A DNA stretch of 37,297 bases from Candidatus Tayloriibacteriota bacterium (GTDB lineage: Bacteria > Patescibacteriota > Minisyncoccia > Phycocordibacterales > PALSA-1337), in contig JAPLZH010000005.1 in assembly GCA_026395105.1 (NCBI GenBank), positions 1-37,297 of the forward strand, written 5' to 3'. The notes under the pieces are model-generated. The model was not told the DNA's origin. It made no database searches and saw only the letters and a list, made by a program, of their open reading frames with translations. The position numbers were made by a program, and so were the translations under genes. The number at the start of each line of letters is the position of its first letter. The stretch's first letter is position 1. Positions 6,835 through 16,364 of the stretch are shown piece after piece.

Positions 6835-9384
6835 ATGAAATATATTAAAAAAGAATTTAGGCATTTTAAGAAGCATTGGATAAGAAATACAGTGCTTTTA
6901 ATTCTGTCTTTATGTGCCTTATTTACAGGCATATTTGCCTTATGGTTTGCCTCTATAGACATTCCTGATCTTCAGGCTTTTCAAAGTCGTGTCATATCAC
7001 AGTCTACAAAGATATATGACCGAACTGGCCAAATCCTTCTTTATGATATTCATGCGAATGAAAAAAGGACAGTGGTTACTTGGGATGATATTTCTGAGCA
7101 TATTAAAGACGCCACCATTTCTATAGAAGACGCTGATTTCTATAATCATCCAGGAATTAAAGTTACATCTATTATAAGGGCTATTTTTGCAAACATTACT
7201 TCAGCTGGATATGCGCAGGGCGGATCTACTATTACCCAGCAGGTTGTAAAAAACACCATATTAACAAACGATAAAACCATAACTAGAAAATTAAAGGAAT
7301 GGGTTTTGGCTTTGAAACTAGAACGTGTTTTAACTAAACAGCAAATTTTAACCACTTATTTAAATGAGTCTCCGTACGGAGGAAACATTTACGGTGTTCA
7401 GGAGGCTAGTATGCAGTATTTCGGCAAATCAGCAAAAGATGTCACCATAGCCGAATCCGCATATTTAGCCGCCCTTCCCCAGGCACCCACCTACTACTCT
7501 CCTTTTGGAAAAAATAAGGCCTCACTAGACGCTAGGCAAAAAACTGTTCTTAAGAAAATGCTTGATTACAAATACATAACTCAGGTGGAATATGATGGAG
7601 CGATCAAAGAAAAAGTAAATTTTTTACTTAAGACGGAAGGAAGTATGAAGGCTCCACATTTTTCAATGTTTGTTAGAGATTATTTAGTAGAAAAATATGG
7701 TGAAGAAAAGGTAATGAATGGAGGATTAAGGGTTACCACAACAATGGATTACACTATGCAGCAAAAGGCCGAACTGACTGTCTCTAGTTTCGCACAGGCC
7801 CTCGAAGATAATTTTGACGCTAGTAATACAGCCATGACGGCTATAAATCCTAAAAACGGAGACATCCTAGTAATGGTCGGATCTAGAAATTATTTCGATA
7901 CAAAAATAGACGGAAATGTGAACATTGTTACTTCCATGCGTCAGCCTGGATCTTCCTTTAAACCCTTTGTTTATGCTGAGGCTTGGGAAAAAGGATATAC
8001 CCCAGAAACAGTTCTCTTTGATGCGGAAACAGAGTTTTCTTCCGAATGTACTCCGGATGGAAAGACTAAAAATCCTAGCGAGGACCCAGCGAAAATCTGC
8101 TATTCTCCAGTAAACTACGACGGAATTTATGAAGGACCTTTGACTATGAAAAAGGCTTTGGCCCAGTCTAGAAATATTCCTGCTGTTAAAACCCTTTATT
8201 TAGCTGGTGAAAGAGAATCCTTAAACTTAGCTAAAACAATGGGAATAACGACTCTCGGCGATCCGAATAGATATGGTTTAACTTTAGTGCTCGGTGGTGG
8301 AGAAGTAACCCTTTTAGACATGACGAGTGCGTATGGTGTCTTTGCAAATGAGGGAAACCGTGTTCCATATAGATATATTTTAAAAGTAGAAGATTCTGAT
8401 GGGAATGTTTTAGAACAGGCGGAGGATCCCACCCCTCAGCAGGTGGTTAGTATAAATGTGGCTAGAGAAATATCAAACGCTTTATCAGATAAATCTGTTC
8501 GTTTAGACAGTATTAATCAGGTTATGAAAGACGTCAAACAGGATGTAGCAGTAAAAACTGGAACGACGAATGACTATAGGGATGTATGGATACTTGGGTA
8601 CACGACAGACCTCGTGGTCGGTGCTTGGGCTGGAAAAAATGATAATACTCCTATGGAAAAGAAGGTCGCGGGGGTGATTATCACACCTGTCTGGGCTGCT
8701 TTTATGAATGATGTTTTAAAAAGCTATCCAGTGACCACTTTTACCCCACCTCAGGATCCACCGGCTGGTTTAGCTCCTGTTTTACGTAGTATTTGGCAGG
8801 GAAATATGGCTTACACTATAGATAAAATATCTGGAAAAGTAGCTACAGAATATACACCTGAACAAACTAGGGAGGAACGGGTTTTTAACGGTGTTCATAC
8901 TATATTAAAATGGATTGATAAAGATAATCCACTGGGGCCTATTCCGACGAATCCAGAAAAAGATTCTCAGTATGCAAACTGGGAATACGGTGTGAGAAAA
9001 TGGTTTGATCAGTGGAAAAAGACAAATAACACATTCGTAGAGGCCTCCGCGACTGCTATTCCTACTGAAACAGATAATGTTCATATACCAGCGAATATGC
9101 CGACGGCAAAGATAATCCTTCCTGCTGGAGCAAATTCTACATTTTCGAGAAATCAGTCTGTTTCTATAGATGTTTCAGCCACAGGAAAATATCCTATTAA
9201 TAAGGCGGAGTTATTTATAAATAATTCCTATATCGGTGCATCTACCGGTCCTTCGTTTAAATTCACCTTCTCCCCCGCTGATTATGAATCCACAAAAGAA
9301 AACAATGATCTCACGGCGATAGTTTATGATTCTGTTTATAATTCAGTAAAGGTCACCGTTCCATTTAATATAAAAAGTGATTAA
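6835..9384 (+). CDS. mrcA: Class A penicillin-binding protein (PBP1A-like transglycosylase/transpeptidase) with a C-terminal Ig-like domain
   Basis: N-terminal TM; GT motifs EDADFY.H, GGSTITQQ, RKLKE; TP motifs S-S-F-K, S-R-N, KTGT. Start at ATG 6835 chosen because of the extended -10 just upstream. Confidence 0.93.
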   Translation: MKYIKKEFRHFKKHWIRNTVLLILSLCALFTGIFALWFASIDIPDLQAFQSRVISQSTKIYDRTGQILLYDIHANEKRTVVTWDDISEHIKDATISIEDADFYNHPGIKVTSIIRAIFANITSAGYAQGGSTITQQVVKNTILTNDKTITRKLKEWVLALKLERVLTKQQILTTYLNESPYGGNIYGVQEASMQYFGKSAKDVTIAESAYLAALPQAPTYYSPFGKNKASLDARQKTVLKKMLDYKYITQVEYDGAIKEKVNFLLKTEGSMKAPHFSMFVRDYLVEKYGEEKVMNGGLRVTTTMDYTMQQKAELTVSSFAQALEDNFDASNTAMTAINPKNGDILVMVGSRNYFDTKIDGNVNIVTSMRQPGSSFKPFVYAEAWEKGYTPETVLFDAETEFSSECTPDGKTKNPSEDPAKICYSPVNYDGIYEGPLTMKKALAQSRNIPAVKTLYLAGERESLNLAKTMGITTLGDPNRYGLTLVLGGGEVTLLDMTSAYGVFANEGNRVPYRYILKVEDSDGNVLEQAEDPTPQQVVSINVAREISNALSDKSVRLDSINQVMKDVKQDVAVKTGTTNDYRDVWILGYTTDLVVGAWAGKNDNTPMEKKVAGVIITPVWAAFMNDVLKSYPVTTFTPPQDPPAGLAPVLRSIWQGNMAYTIDKISGKVATEYTPEQTREERVFNGVHTILKWIDKDNPLGPIPTNPEKDSQYANWEYGVRKWFDQWKKTNNTFVEASATAIPTETDNVHIPANMPTAKIILPAGANSTFSRNQSVSIDVSATGKYPINKAELFINNSYIGASTGPSFKFTFSPADYESTKENNDLTAIVYDSVYNSVKVTVPFNIKSD

Positions 9385-9401
9385 TTTATATAGAAATTAA
9401 A

Positions 9402-9656
9402 TCACCTAATATCTTTAATAGAATTAGGAATTTTCTCATTAATTTCCTTTAGGATTTTTTGTTTTTTTATAAAAATCATAGCCTTTATAGGAGATGATGA
9501 GCGGATAGTTAAGGTGTTTTGGGAAAGTTTAATATCTTTGTCCACTAGATTTATTCCTATTTCTTTTAAAATCACATCCTTAATAAGGGTTATTATAGAG
9601 CGTTCTTTGTCTCCGATTCCTGAGAATTTTACTAAGTATTTAGAAATATTGAACAT
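9402..9656 (-). CDS. Small basic protein, DciA/DUF721-like candidate
   Basis: Directly downstream of dnaN; pattern TLTIRSSS..K..I..KKQKILKEINEK...IKDIR resembles the DUF721 KH-like core. Confidence 0.6.
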   Translation of the reverse strand: MFNISKYLVKFSGIGDKERSIITLIKDVILKEIGINLVDKDIKLSQNTLTIRSSSPIKAMIFIKKQKILKEINEKIPNSIKDIR

Positions 9657-9672
9657 CGTTCGCTTTTATAGA

Positions 9673-10773
9673 TTAGCGATTCATCGGCATCACTAAATAC
9701 GTAAAGGTTTTATCTGACGCACCGCGAATAACGAGCGGTCTCTGTGCCCCAGCGAAACTAAGGCTAATACTATCTGAAAGAACAGACTGGAATGAATCAT
9801 TTATATATTTATGATTAAATTTGCTCGCTATCTGATCACCTGAGACAGAGCAGTGTAAAACGCTAGTGTTTTCTCCGACATCTGAATTTTTTGTGGAAAT
9901 TTGTATATTCTTTTCATTAGGACTAACTGTTATGTTTATTTGATTAAACTTATCACTAAAAACTGTCGAAAGTTTTAAAGCATTAACTAAGTCCTGTTTA
10001 ATAATGACAGCTTCTGAGGCGAATTCTTTTGGAATAATCTGCCTATAATCAGGAAAAGACCCATTTACTAAGCGAGAAATAACATAAATCCCCTGATATT
10101 TGAATGAAACTTGGTTTTTATCAAATGAAACATCTACTTCCCCATCTACTCCGTCAAAAATCTTAATTATTTCAGGAACATTTTTATAAGGTATGAGCAT
10201 TCCCTCTCCATCTTTATATCCATCTACCCTAACTCTCTTCTCAGCTAGTCTAAAAGAGTCTGTAGCCACGAATACAGCGTATTCATCCTCTCCATATACA
10301 TAAACACTGGAAAGTTCTGGTTTCATTGAAGACACAGACGCGCTGTACCAGACAGATTTAAGACCTAAACACAGATCTTCTGAATGAATGGTGAATATAT
10401 AGCCGTGTTCTATATGGGGAAGTGATGGAAAATCATTATGAGGCAAAGTTTTGATAGTGGTCGTGGTTCTCGATGAGGTGATGTGTAAATTCCCATCCTT
10501 TTCTTCTAAAATAATATTCTTTTCATTTGAAATTCCGGAAATATATGAATATAGGATGCTCCCAGGAACAGCGATATCCCCCTCTTCACTAACTTTTGCC
10601 GGAACGTCTATCTCTACTCCTATATCTAGGTTAGTAGAACGGAGAATCACTGAATTATCTTTAGCTGTAAGCAGAATACAGGAAAGAACTGGGAGATTTT
10701 GATTTTTATTCGTAGACCGTTCCGCGTGGGCTACTGCACTATGAAGTTTTTCTCGCGAGCATTCTATTTTCAT
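9673..10773 (-). CDS. dnaN: DNA polymerase III beta sliding clamp
   Basis: 366 aa; LPVL..ILL, STNLD, VATDSFRLA, G.FPDY.QIIP, YLVMPM. Confidence 0.98.
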   Translation of the reverse strand: MKIECSREKLHSAVAHAERSTNKNQNLPVLSCILLTAKDNSVILRSTNLDIGVEIDVPAKVSEEGDIAVPGSILYSYISGISNEKNIILEEKDGNLHITSSRTTTTIKTLPHNDFPSLPHIEHGYIFTIHSEDLCLGLKSVWYSASVSSMKPELSSVYVYGEDEYAVFVATDSFRLAEKRVRVDGYKDGEGMLIPYKNVPEIIKIFDGVDGEVDVSFDKNQVSFKYQGIYVISRLVNGSFPDYRQIIPKEFASEAVIIKQDLVNALKLSTVFSDKFNQINITVSPNEKNIQISTKNSDVGENTSVLHCSVSGDQIASKFNHKYINDSFQSVLSDSISLSFAGAQRPLVIRGASDKTFTYLVMPMNR

Positions 10774-11047
10774 TTTAGTAAGTATTAATTAATTTTTTTT
10801 ATATAAACACTTTATTATTATTAGAGGTGTGGATTTGTTAAGAACTTTTTCTACCGCCTAAATTAAACATATTTTCAGTATCTTTTTTCCACCACGCTGT
10901 GAATAATTTTCGGATAAGGAAGTGACTCGTGTTTTTCTGACTATTTATACCCACCCTATCCAGATATATTCCCCAGGCTATTCCCCTAATTATTAACTAC
11001 TTATTCACAAAGTAATCCACAGTTTTCCCGACAGCTAGCCGAAGTCC
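10774..11047. promoter_or_regulatory. oriC: Predicted replication origin oriC (dnaA-dnaN intergenic)
   Basis: Consensus DnaA boxes at 10898-10906 and 11001-11009. One-mismatch boxes at 10885-10893, 10945-10953 and 11013-11021. Tandem boxes, a CCTC linker, (TAA)4 trios and an AT-rich tract at 10774-10844. Confidence 0.85.
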
Positions 11048-12388
11048 CTAAAGCATAGAACGAATCTGATTTAATTCCTGAGTCAAAGAAGGGTCTGTTT
11101 TTAAATCACCCTTTATCTTTTCACAGGAATGAATAACAGTAGTATGATCCCTTCCTCCGAGTTTTTCGCCGATAGATGGATAAGAAAGGCAAAAATCTTC
11201 ACGGAGAAGGTACATTGTTAACTGGCGTGGCTTAACCACCTCCTTTTTTCTAGTCTTATCATATATATTATCCTCTTCTATATTATAAAACTGGGCTACC
11301 ACCTTAACAACCTCTTTAACAGAAACATTCTTTTTTGGTTTTACAGCGTCTTTGACTAGGTTTTTTATTTCCGTGAGGCTCAGATGCTTACCCTTCATCT
11401 GTGTCTGTATAACTATGGTATTAAGAACACCCTCTAATTCACGAATATTACTGTTAATATTTTCAGCTAGGTGGTTTAGGACTTCTTCTTCCAGTACTAA
11501 ATTATAAAAGCGACTTTTTGCCTTTAAAATGGCTACCTTCGAATCTTTATCAGGTGTCGGTACATCTACCATCATACCCGCTCCGAAACGGCTCTTAAGG
11601 CGGTCTTCGAGGTTTGGTATGTAGTTAGGGTGTCTATCAGAAGAAAAGATAATTTGTTTAAAATTATCATACATATGATTAAATAAATGGAAGAGCTCCT
11701 CCTGAAACTTTTCCTTTCCAGAGAAAAACTGTATATCATCTACTATAATGGCGTCATACTTTCTGTATTTTTCCTTAAAGTATGCCATTTTATTAGTCTG
11801 CAAACATTCTAAACAGTCCGTTCCGAACTTTTCTGATGTTAAGTAGAAGACTTTTTTATTCGGATAGTGTTTTTTAATGTAGTTTCCTACGGCCTGTATG
11901 AGATGTGTCTTTCCTAGACCTGTGTTTCCATAAATAAAAAGTGGATTATAGACCTTTCCTGGGTTCTGTATGATGGCCTGGGCTGCCGCGTGAGCTATTT
12001 GATTAAAAGGGCCTATTATAAAGGAATCAAAAGTATAACGAGGGTTTAGATTATCCTCTTTATTAATGTAGAAATCATCTAGTGGAAGTTCACTACAGAC
12101 TGTATTTTTAATATTTCTGATAGATTCTTCCTTTTTATTTCCACCGATCTCAGCGATAACATAGTCTAATCCCCTAACAGATTCATTATGAGTTCTTAAT
12201 ATACGTAAAATAGTGTTATGAAAATGTTTCCATACCCACTCTTTTATAAACGTACTCGGAACATTTAAATAAACTACACCCTCCTCCATTCTGTGTATAT
12301 TCGAATCCTTAAGCCACATTAAGTTGCCCTTTGATACATCTAGTTCCATTTCTATTTTTACTGCTTCCCAAAGTTTGGTGTGATCCAT
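11048..12388 (-). CDS. dnaA: Chromosomal replication initiator DnaA
   Basis: LNPRYTFDSF, YNPLFIYGNTGLGKTHL, DDIQF, RLKSRF, NIRELEG, GGRDHTTVIH. Confidence 0.99.
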   Translation of the reverse strand: MDHTKLWEAVKIEMELDVSKGNLMWLKDSNIHRMEEGVVYLNVPSTFIKEWVWKHFHNTILRILRTHNESVRGLDYVIAEIGGNKKEESIRNIKNTVCSELPLDDFYINKEDNLNPRYTFDSFIIGPFNQIAHAAAQAIIQNPGKVYNPLFIYGNTGLGKTHLIQAVGNYIKKHYPNKKVFYLTSEKFGTDCLECLQTNKMAYFKEKYRKYDAIIVDDIQFFSGKEKFQEELFHLFNHMYDNFKQIIFSSDRHPNYIPNLEDRLKSRFGAGMMVDVPTPDKDSKVAILKAKSRFYNLVLEEEVLNHLAENINSNIRELEGVLNTIVIQTQMKGKHLSLTEIKNLVKDAVKPKKNVSVKEVVKVVAQFYNIEEDNIYDKTRKKEVVKPRQLTMYLLREDFCLSYPSIGEKLGGRDHTTVIHSCEKIKGDLKTDPSLTQELNQIRSML

Positions 12389-12421
12389 AAAATGAAATTA
12401 AAGTTAAGCTCATTATATACC

Positions 12422-12480
12422 TGTGAATATTTTTTCAAACTTGTGCGTGAAAGATAAATATGTTGAGAAGGTGTGGATAA
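12422..12480. promoter_or_regulatory. DnaA boxes in the dnaA-rpmH divergent promoter region
   Basis: TGTGGATAA at 12472-12480 (perfect) and TGTGAATAT at 12422-12430 (one mismatch). Confidence 0.75.
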
Positions 12481-12565
12481 CTATTTTTATAGTATTTTTT
12501 GCAAAAAAATTAAGACAGCTCTTTAAATTTGATTTTTTCTGGAAATATTATATACTCATTCTGTT

Positions 12566-12712
12566 ATGTCATTCACATATAAACCTAAAAAGATAAAAAG
12601 AGCGCGTTCACACGGATTCCTAAGACGCATGAAAGATAAGGACGGAAGAAATGTTCTCGCACGCAGACGCGCAAAGGGTAGAAAATCCCTCACTGTTTCC
12701 TCATCAAAATAA
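12566..12712 (+). CDS. rpmH: 50S ribosomal protein L34 (absent from the ORF track)
   Basis: Manual translation [48 protein letters not shown]; its stop overlaps the rnpA start (TAATG). Confidence 0.97.
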   Translation: MSFTYKPKKIKRARSHGFLRRMKDKDGRNVLARRRAKGRKSLTVSSSK

Positions 12713-13044
12713 TGCTAAGTAAAAGGAATAGGCTCTCAAAAAAGCTGTTTTTAGAGGTTTTTGAGAAAGGGTCTGTCTATAGATCTGGGATTTTAATGTG
12801 CAAAGTGCTTAAAGACCCTAAATTAAAGGGCCTTTTTGCTGTTTCAATTTCCAAAAAAGAGGTAAAAACGGCGGTAGAAAGGAATAAAATCAGAAGGAGA
12901 TTCTATTCAGCTATAGAGAAAGATATAAAAAAGAATAAAGAATTACCGCTCGGCATCATCTTTTTCGCCAGAAAAAACACATTAGAACTGGATTTTAAGG
13001 TTCTTTGTGAGGAAGTGGCTCGCATTATTGCTAAAATCAGATAA
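12712..13044 (+). CDS. rnpA: Ribonuclease P protein component
   Basis: ML.K..RL, F..VF.KG, AVSISKK, AVERNKIRRR (RNR motif); synteny with rpmH and yidC. Confidence 0.93.
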   Translation: MLSKRNRLSKKLFLEVFEKGSVYRSGILMCKVLKDPKLKGLFAVSISKKEVKTAVERNKIRRRFYSAIEKDIKKNKELPLGIIFFARKNTLELDFKVLCEEVARIIAKIR

Positions 13045-13053
13045 AATAGACAG

Positions 13054-13794
13054 ATGACTTATCTATATCACGCATTAGTATCAGTTCCCCTATATAACGG
13101 CTTCATTTTGCTTTTCGATGTGATTCCCTGGCTAGACGCTGGAATGGCCGTTATTATCTTTACTATTATAGTTAAACTCATTCTCTTCCCTCTCGCTAAG
13201 AAATCTGTCGTCACACAGTTAATGATGAAGAAGGTTGATCCAGAGGTGAGAAAAATAAAGGCAAAGTATCCGAATGATAATCAAAAACAATATCCCGAGA
13301 CAATGGCTCTCTATAAAAAACATGGAATAAATCCCCTTTCTAGTATTTTCCTCCTTTTGGTTCAGCTCCCAATACTCCTCGCCCTATACTCTATTTTTTA
13401 CAGCTCTGGCTTACCTAAGGTTGATTCCTCTCTTTTATATTCCTTCGTGTCTATACCTCATATAGACATGTTTTTCCTAGGTTTTTTAGATATTAGTAAG
13501 AGTAACTGGATAATTGCCCTACTCGCCGCTATTTCCCAGTATTATCAAATAAAACTTTCTGTTCCTGCCGTTCCACCGAAGAAACCGGGAGAAACACCTA
13601 GTTTTCAGGATGAGCTCGCTAGAAGCATGGGCTCAAATATGAAATACGTTTTTCCGGTAGTGATTTTCATCATTTCTTTCAAATTAGCCGCCGCCCTCGG
13701 TATTTACTGGGTAGTAAGTAATCTATTCATGATCGGCCAAGAACTCTTTGTTAAAATAAAACTAGAAGCCGAGTACGCGAATAAAACACTCTAA
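13054..13794 (+). CDS. yidC: Membrane protein insertase YidC (short, monoderm-type)
   Basis: IIFTIIVKLILFPL, LYKKHGINP, LLVQLPI, ALGIYWVVSNLF; synteny. Confidence 0.95.
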   Translation: MTYLYHALVSVPLYNGFILLFDVIPWLDAGMAVIIFTIIVKLILFPLAKKSVVTQLMMKKVDPEVRKIKAKYPNDNQKQYPETMALYKKHGINPLSSIFLLLVQLPILLALYSIFYSSGLPKVDSSLLYSFVSIPHIDMFFLGFLDISKSNWIIALLAAISQYYQIKLSVPAVPPKKPGETPSFQDELARSMGSNMKYVFPVVIFIISFKLAAALGIYWVVSNLFMIGQELFVKIKLEAEYANKTL

Positions 13795-13810
13795 TACAGA
13801 ACGACCACCA

Positions 13811-15097
13811 CTATTTTATTTCAAGAGACCAGAGAGAAAGGTCTCTTTTATTCATGAATATTAAGTATCCGTCTTTAGGATCGATGGATATATTATAGGC
13901 GTCTATCGCCTTCCCCGAAAGAGAATAAAGGTCGCCGATCATAGTTACTTCACCTGTTTCCGTGTCATATTTCCAGACCCTGTCTCCCGGAAAAACTAAA
14001 CCTTTATACCAATCATCTGGATAAATTCCGTTCGGAATGTTATTCGGCACTGCGCAGTAAATCGTCTTATTTTCCACCGTTCCCCAAGCACATTTTTCGG
14101 TCAAAGTTTTAAGCACCGTGTTTTCAATAGTCTTTTCTTTTGTCTTATATATAGAAAGGGTCAAAATCCCCCCAGGAGCTGTCGTCGAAAAGGCTATCTC
14201 ACTCATATCTCCATTTGGAAGAACTGTTAAACCTGTTCCAGAAACGATTTTCGTCATTTCAGCCTTTTTAATATCATAAGTGTATGCGGAACCCACGCTA
14301 ATAGACGAGGCTTTTGAAGAAAATATAAGGGTGTTTTGATTTGGCCAAAAGAGATTCCAGCTCTCTAATGGTGAAGAAAAAACCTCGACTACATTACCCG
14401 TAACTGTGTCCTGTATAAAGCCTTTAACTCCTGGATTTGTCTTTACCAGAAAGGCAAAGGATTCATTTTTTACATCTTTTGGTGAATTCGCTACAGCTAC
14501 TACACCTGTCGGTATATATGAAGTTCTAACGGCTTTAATAGTGGATGTGGCGAGCACGGTGGTCGTTCCTACTTTTATAGGCTTAGGGTCAATTATCGAA
14601 AGAAGCTCTGTATTTACTGTATTTTCATCATTCTCATCTAGATTCCTAATTACTAGAGACTGAGCTTTCTTTGACCAAAAGGCCTCATAGATTTGAGAAA
14701 GGGTTTTATCAGAAATTCTCGTGACATCAGTTCCTGTAACCTTCGTTTCCATAATATTTCCTAGTCCCCTGTCGATATACCTGATTATAGTCGAACTGCC
14801 TGTGGTGGATGCTACAGCTCCAGCTACTGGGTCTGCAGAAATGAGCCTGAGCTTTGGAATATTTGGATTAGTGGTCGAGGCAAAGACAAAAGGAGTCGAT
14901 GTGGCTCTCGGTGTAGATGTACTATTCCCTCCTCCAGAATCACCACCGAATGGATTAAAGGTCGGATTCGTTCCTGTTCCAGTACCAGTGCCCGGCGTGG
15001 TATCACCCGGCTTATACATGAATAAATAATAATAAGTGCCCACCCCTATAAGGAGTATGATTATTACAGAGATGATTATAAGGGTTTTGTTTTTCAT
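13811..15097 (-). CDS. Membrane-anchored extracytoplasmic protein with a Gly/Thr linker and a probable beta-propeller
   Basis: N-terminal TM helix, low-complexity linker, beta-rich repeats (W-S/P, SP.D.YL.F.N); last gene of the T4SS-like cluster. Confidence 0.75.
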   Translation of the reverse strand: MKNKTLIIISVIIILLIGVGTYYYLFMYKPGDTTPGTGTGTGTNPTFNPFGGDSGGGNSTSTPRATSTPFVFASTTNPNIPKLRLISADPVAGAVASTTGSSTIIRYIDRGLGNIMETKVTGTDVTRISDKTLSQIYEAFWSKKAQSLVIRNLDENDENTVNTELLSIIDPKPIKVGTTTVLATSTIKAVRTSYIPTGVVAVANSPKDVKNESFAFLVKTNPGVKGFIQDTVTGNVVEVFSSPLESWNLFWPNQNTLIFSSKASSISVGSAYTYDIKKAEMTKIVSGTGLTVLPNGDMSEIAFSTTAPGGILTLSIYKTKEKTIENTVLKTLTEKCAWGTVENKTIYCAVPNNIPNGIYPDDWYKGLVFPGDRVWKYDTETGEVTMIGDLYSLSGKAIDAYNISIDPKDGYLIFMNKRDLSLWSLEIK

Positions 15098-15098
15098 T

Positions 15099-16364
15099 CT
15101 ACTTCTTTAGATTGCTTAATAAGGTCTTTGCTTTTGCTATCTCTGTGTCAGCGTATGTAACAACCTCGTTTTTTGAGTTTGGGCTAAGATTAGTCTCCTG
15201 GCTAATTAGTGTCTTTTGTGACTCCATTTTGTCTATTAGTTTCTGTATATCTCTCGCTTTTTCGGTTGCACCATATGCGTATTGCGCGGTAGCACCGACT
15301 CCACCAACAGAAAGATTGTTTTTTACATCAGGTTTCTCATATATATATTGTGTAGCAGAAGACCATCCATATAGCTGAACCTGGTTTTTTGTAACTGTTT
15401 TTTCGTCAGCAATTATTTTTAATAATTCAGTTTCATTTGATCGTCCTATTGCGTCAATTTTTAAATCCTCAAACTTTTTGTTTATTGATGAGATCATTTT
15501 TTCATCCAAAAGTGTTTTTTCTCCAACCAACACCTTTTCTTTTTCCATAGCAACGTCTTTGTCGTACGAAGTTGAGTCTTTGTTTACAGCCAAGTGCGCC
15601 GCCTCTAGGCCACGCATTACATCCTCAGAAAAACTTTGTGACTTAACCAACGCCGCCTTTTTTTCTACCAAAGACTTTTCTGCGTTCGGTATACTTTCGT
15701 TTTCTAGGGTAATTTTTTCTTCATCACTTATTAGTGGGTCATTTAATCTTTCTTGATAATCATATATTTGATTTTGGACATCAGTAAGTTCGTTTCTAAT
15801 TTGTGCTCGGTTTACATATTCTCCAGTTAGTGTTTTTCTAAGATTTGCTTCTGCTTGTGTGTTTATTATTAGCGCGAAGGCAGAGGTTGTGTCTACCTTC
15901 ACTCTGTCTAGGCTGGTGTTAAACTCCACATACCGCGGGTCTATGGTGTAGAGAATGATATATGAGGCGAGGGTAAGAAGAAGGCCGATGAGGGCGTTTT
16001 GAATAATTTTCTTTCCTTCGGTTTTCGCTGGGATAAGGTCTGTCGTGGCGTATGTAAATCCTCCATAAAAAACCATAATAACAGCTAGAACGACGGCTAT
16101 TCCGACGGCCAGCTTAAACATATAGTTAATATAGTAAGCTAAGTTTGGAATAGTTTTCTGCTGGCCAGTACAACCTGGGCCAGAAACACACGGTAGTGGT
16201 TCCAGAAGAGTATAGGTAATATCTTTTACTGGACGAACTCCAAGATCTACCCCACCTGTGAGGGTGCCAGCGGTCGTCGTCGCAAAGACGAGCGGAACAA
16301 AGGAGAAAAGACAGACGAAAACGGTTATGGCGGAAAAGATAATTTTTTTAATTTGAATTTTCAT
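15099..16364 (-). CDS. Pilin-like (TrbC/VirB2-type hairpin) membrane protein with a long helical C-terminal extension
   Basis: Signal peptide, YTLLEPLPC...C, two TM helices with the pattern AV.MVFYGG..Y.T...GK..I.NALIGL, then ~270 aa charged helical region. Confidence 0.65.
   Translation of the reverse strand: MKIQIKKIIFSAITVFVCLFSFVPLVFATTTAGTLTGGVDLGVRPVKDITYTLLEPLPCVSGPGCTGQQKTIPNLAYYINYMFKLAVGIAVVLAVIMVFYGGFTYATTDLIPAKTEGKKIIQNALIGLLLTLASYIILYTIDPRYVEFNTSLDRVKVDTTSAFALIINTQAEANLRKTLTGEYVNRAQIRNELTDVQNQIYDYQERLNDPLISDEEKITLENESIPNAEKSLVEKKAALVKSQSFSEDVMRGLEAAHLAVNKDSTSYDKDVAMEKEKVLVGEKTLLDEKMISSINKKFEDLKIDAIGRSNETELLKIIADEKTVTKNQVQLYGWSSATQYIYEKPDVKNNLSVGGVGATAQYAYGATEKARDIQKLIDKMESQKTLISQETNLSPNSKNEVVTYADTEIAKAKTLLSNLKK

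Noticed and set aside
6789..6962. 58-aa N-terminal extension of TyrS in the ORF track
   Set aside because: It overlaps the divergent PBP gene; promoter-like motifs support starts at 6788 and 6835.
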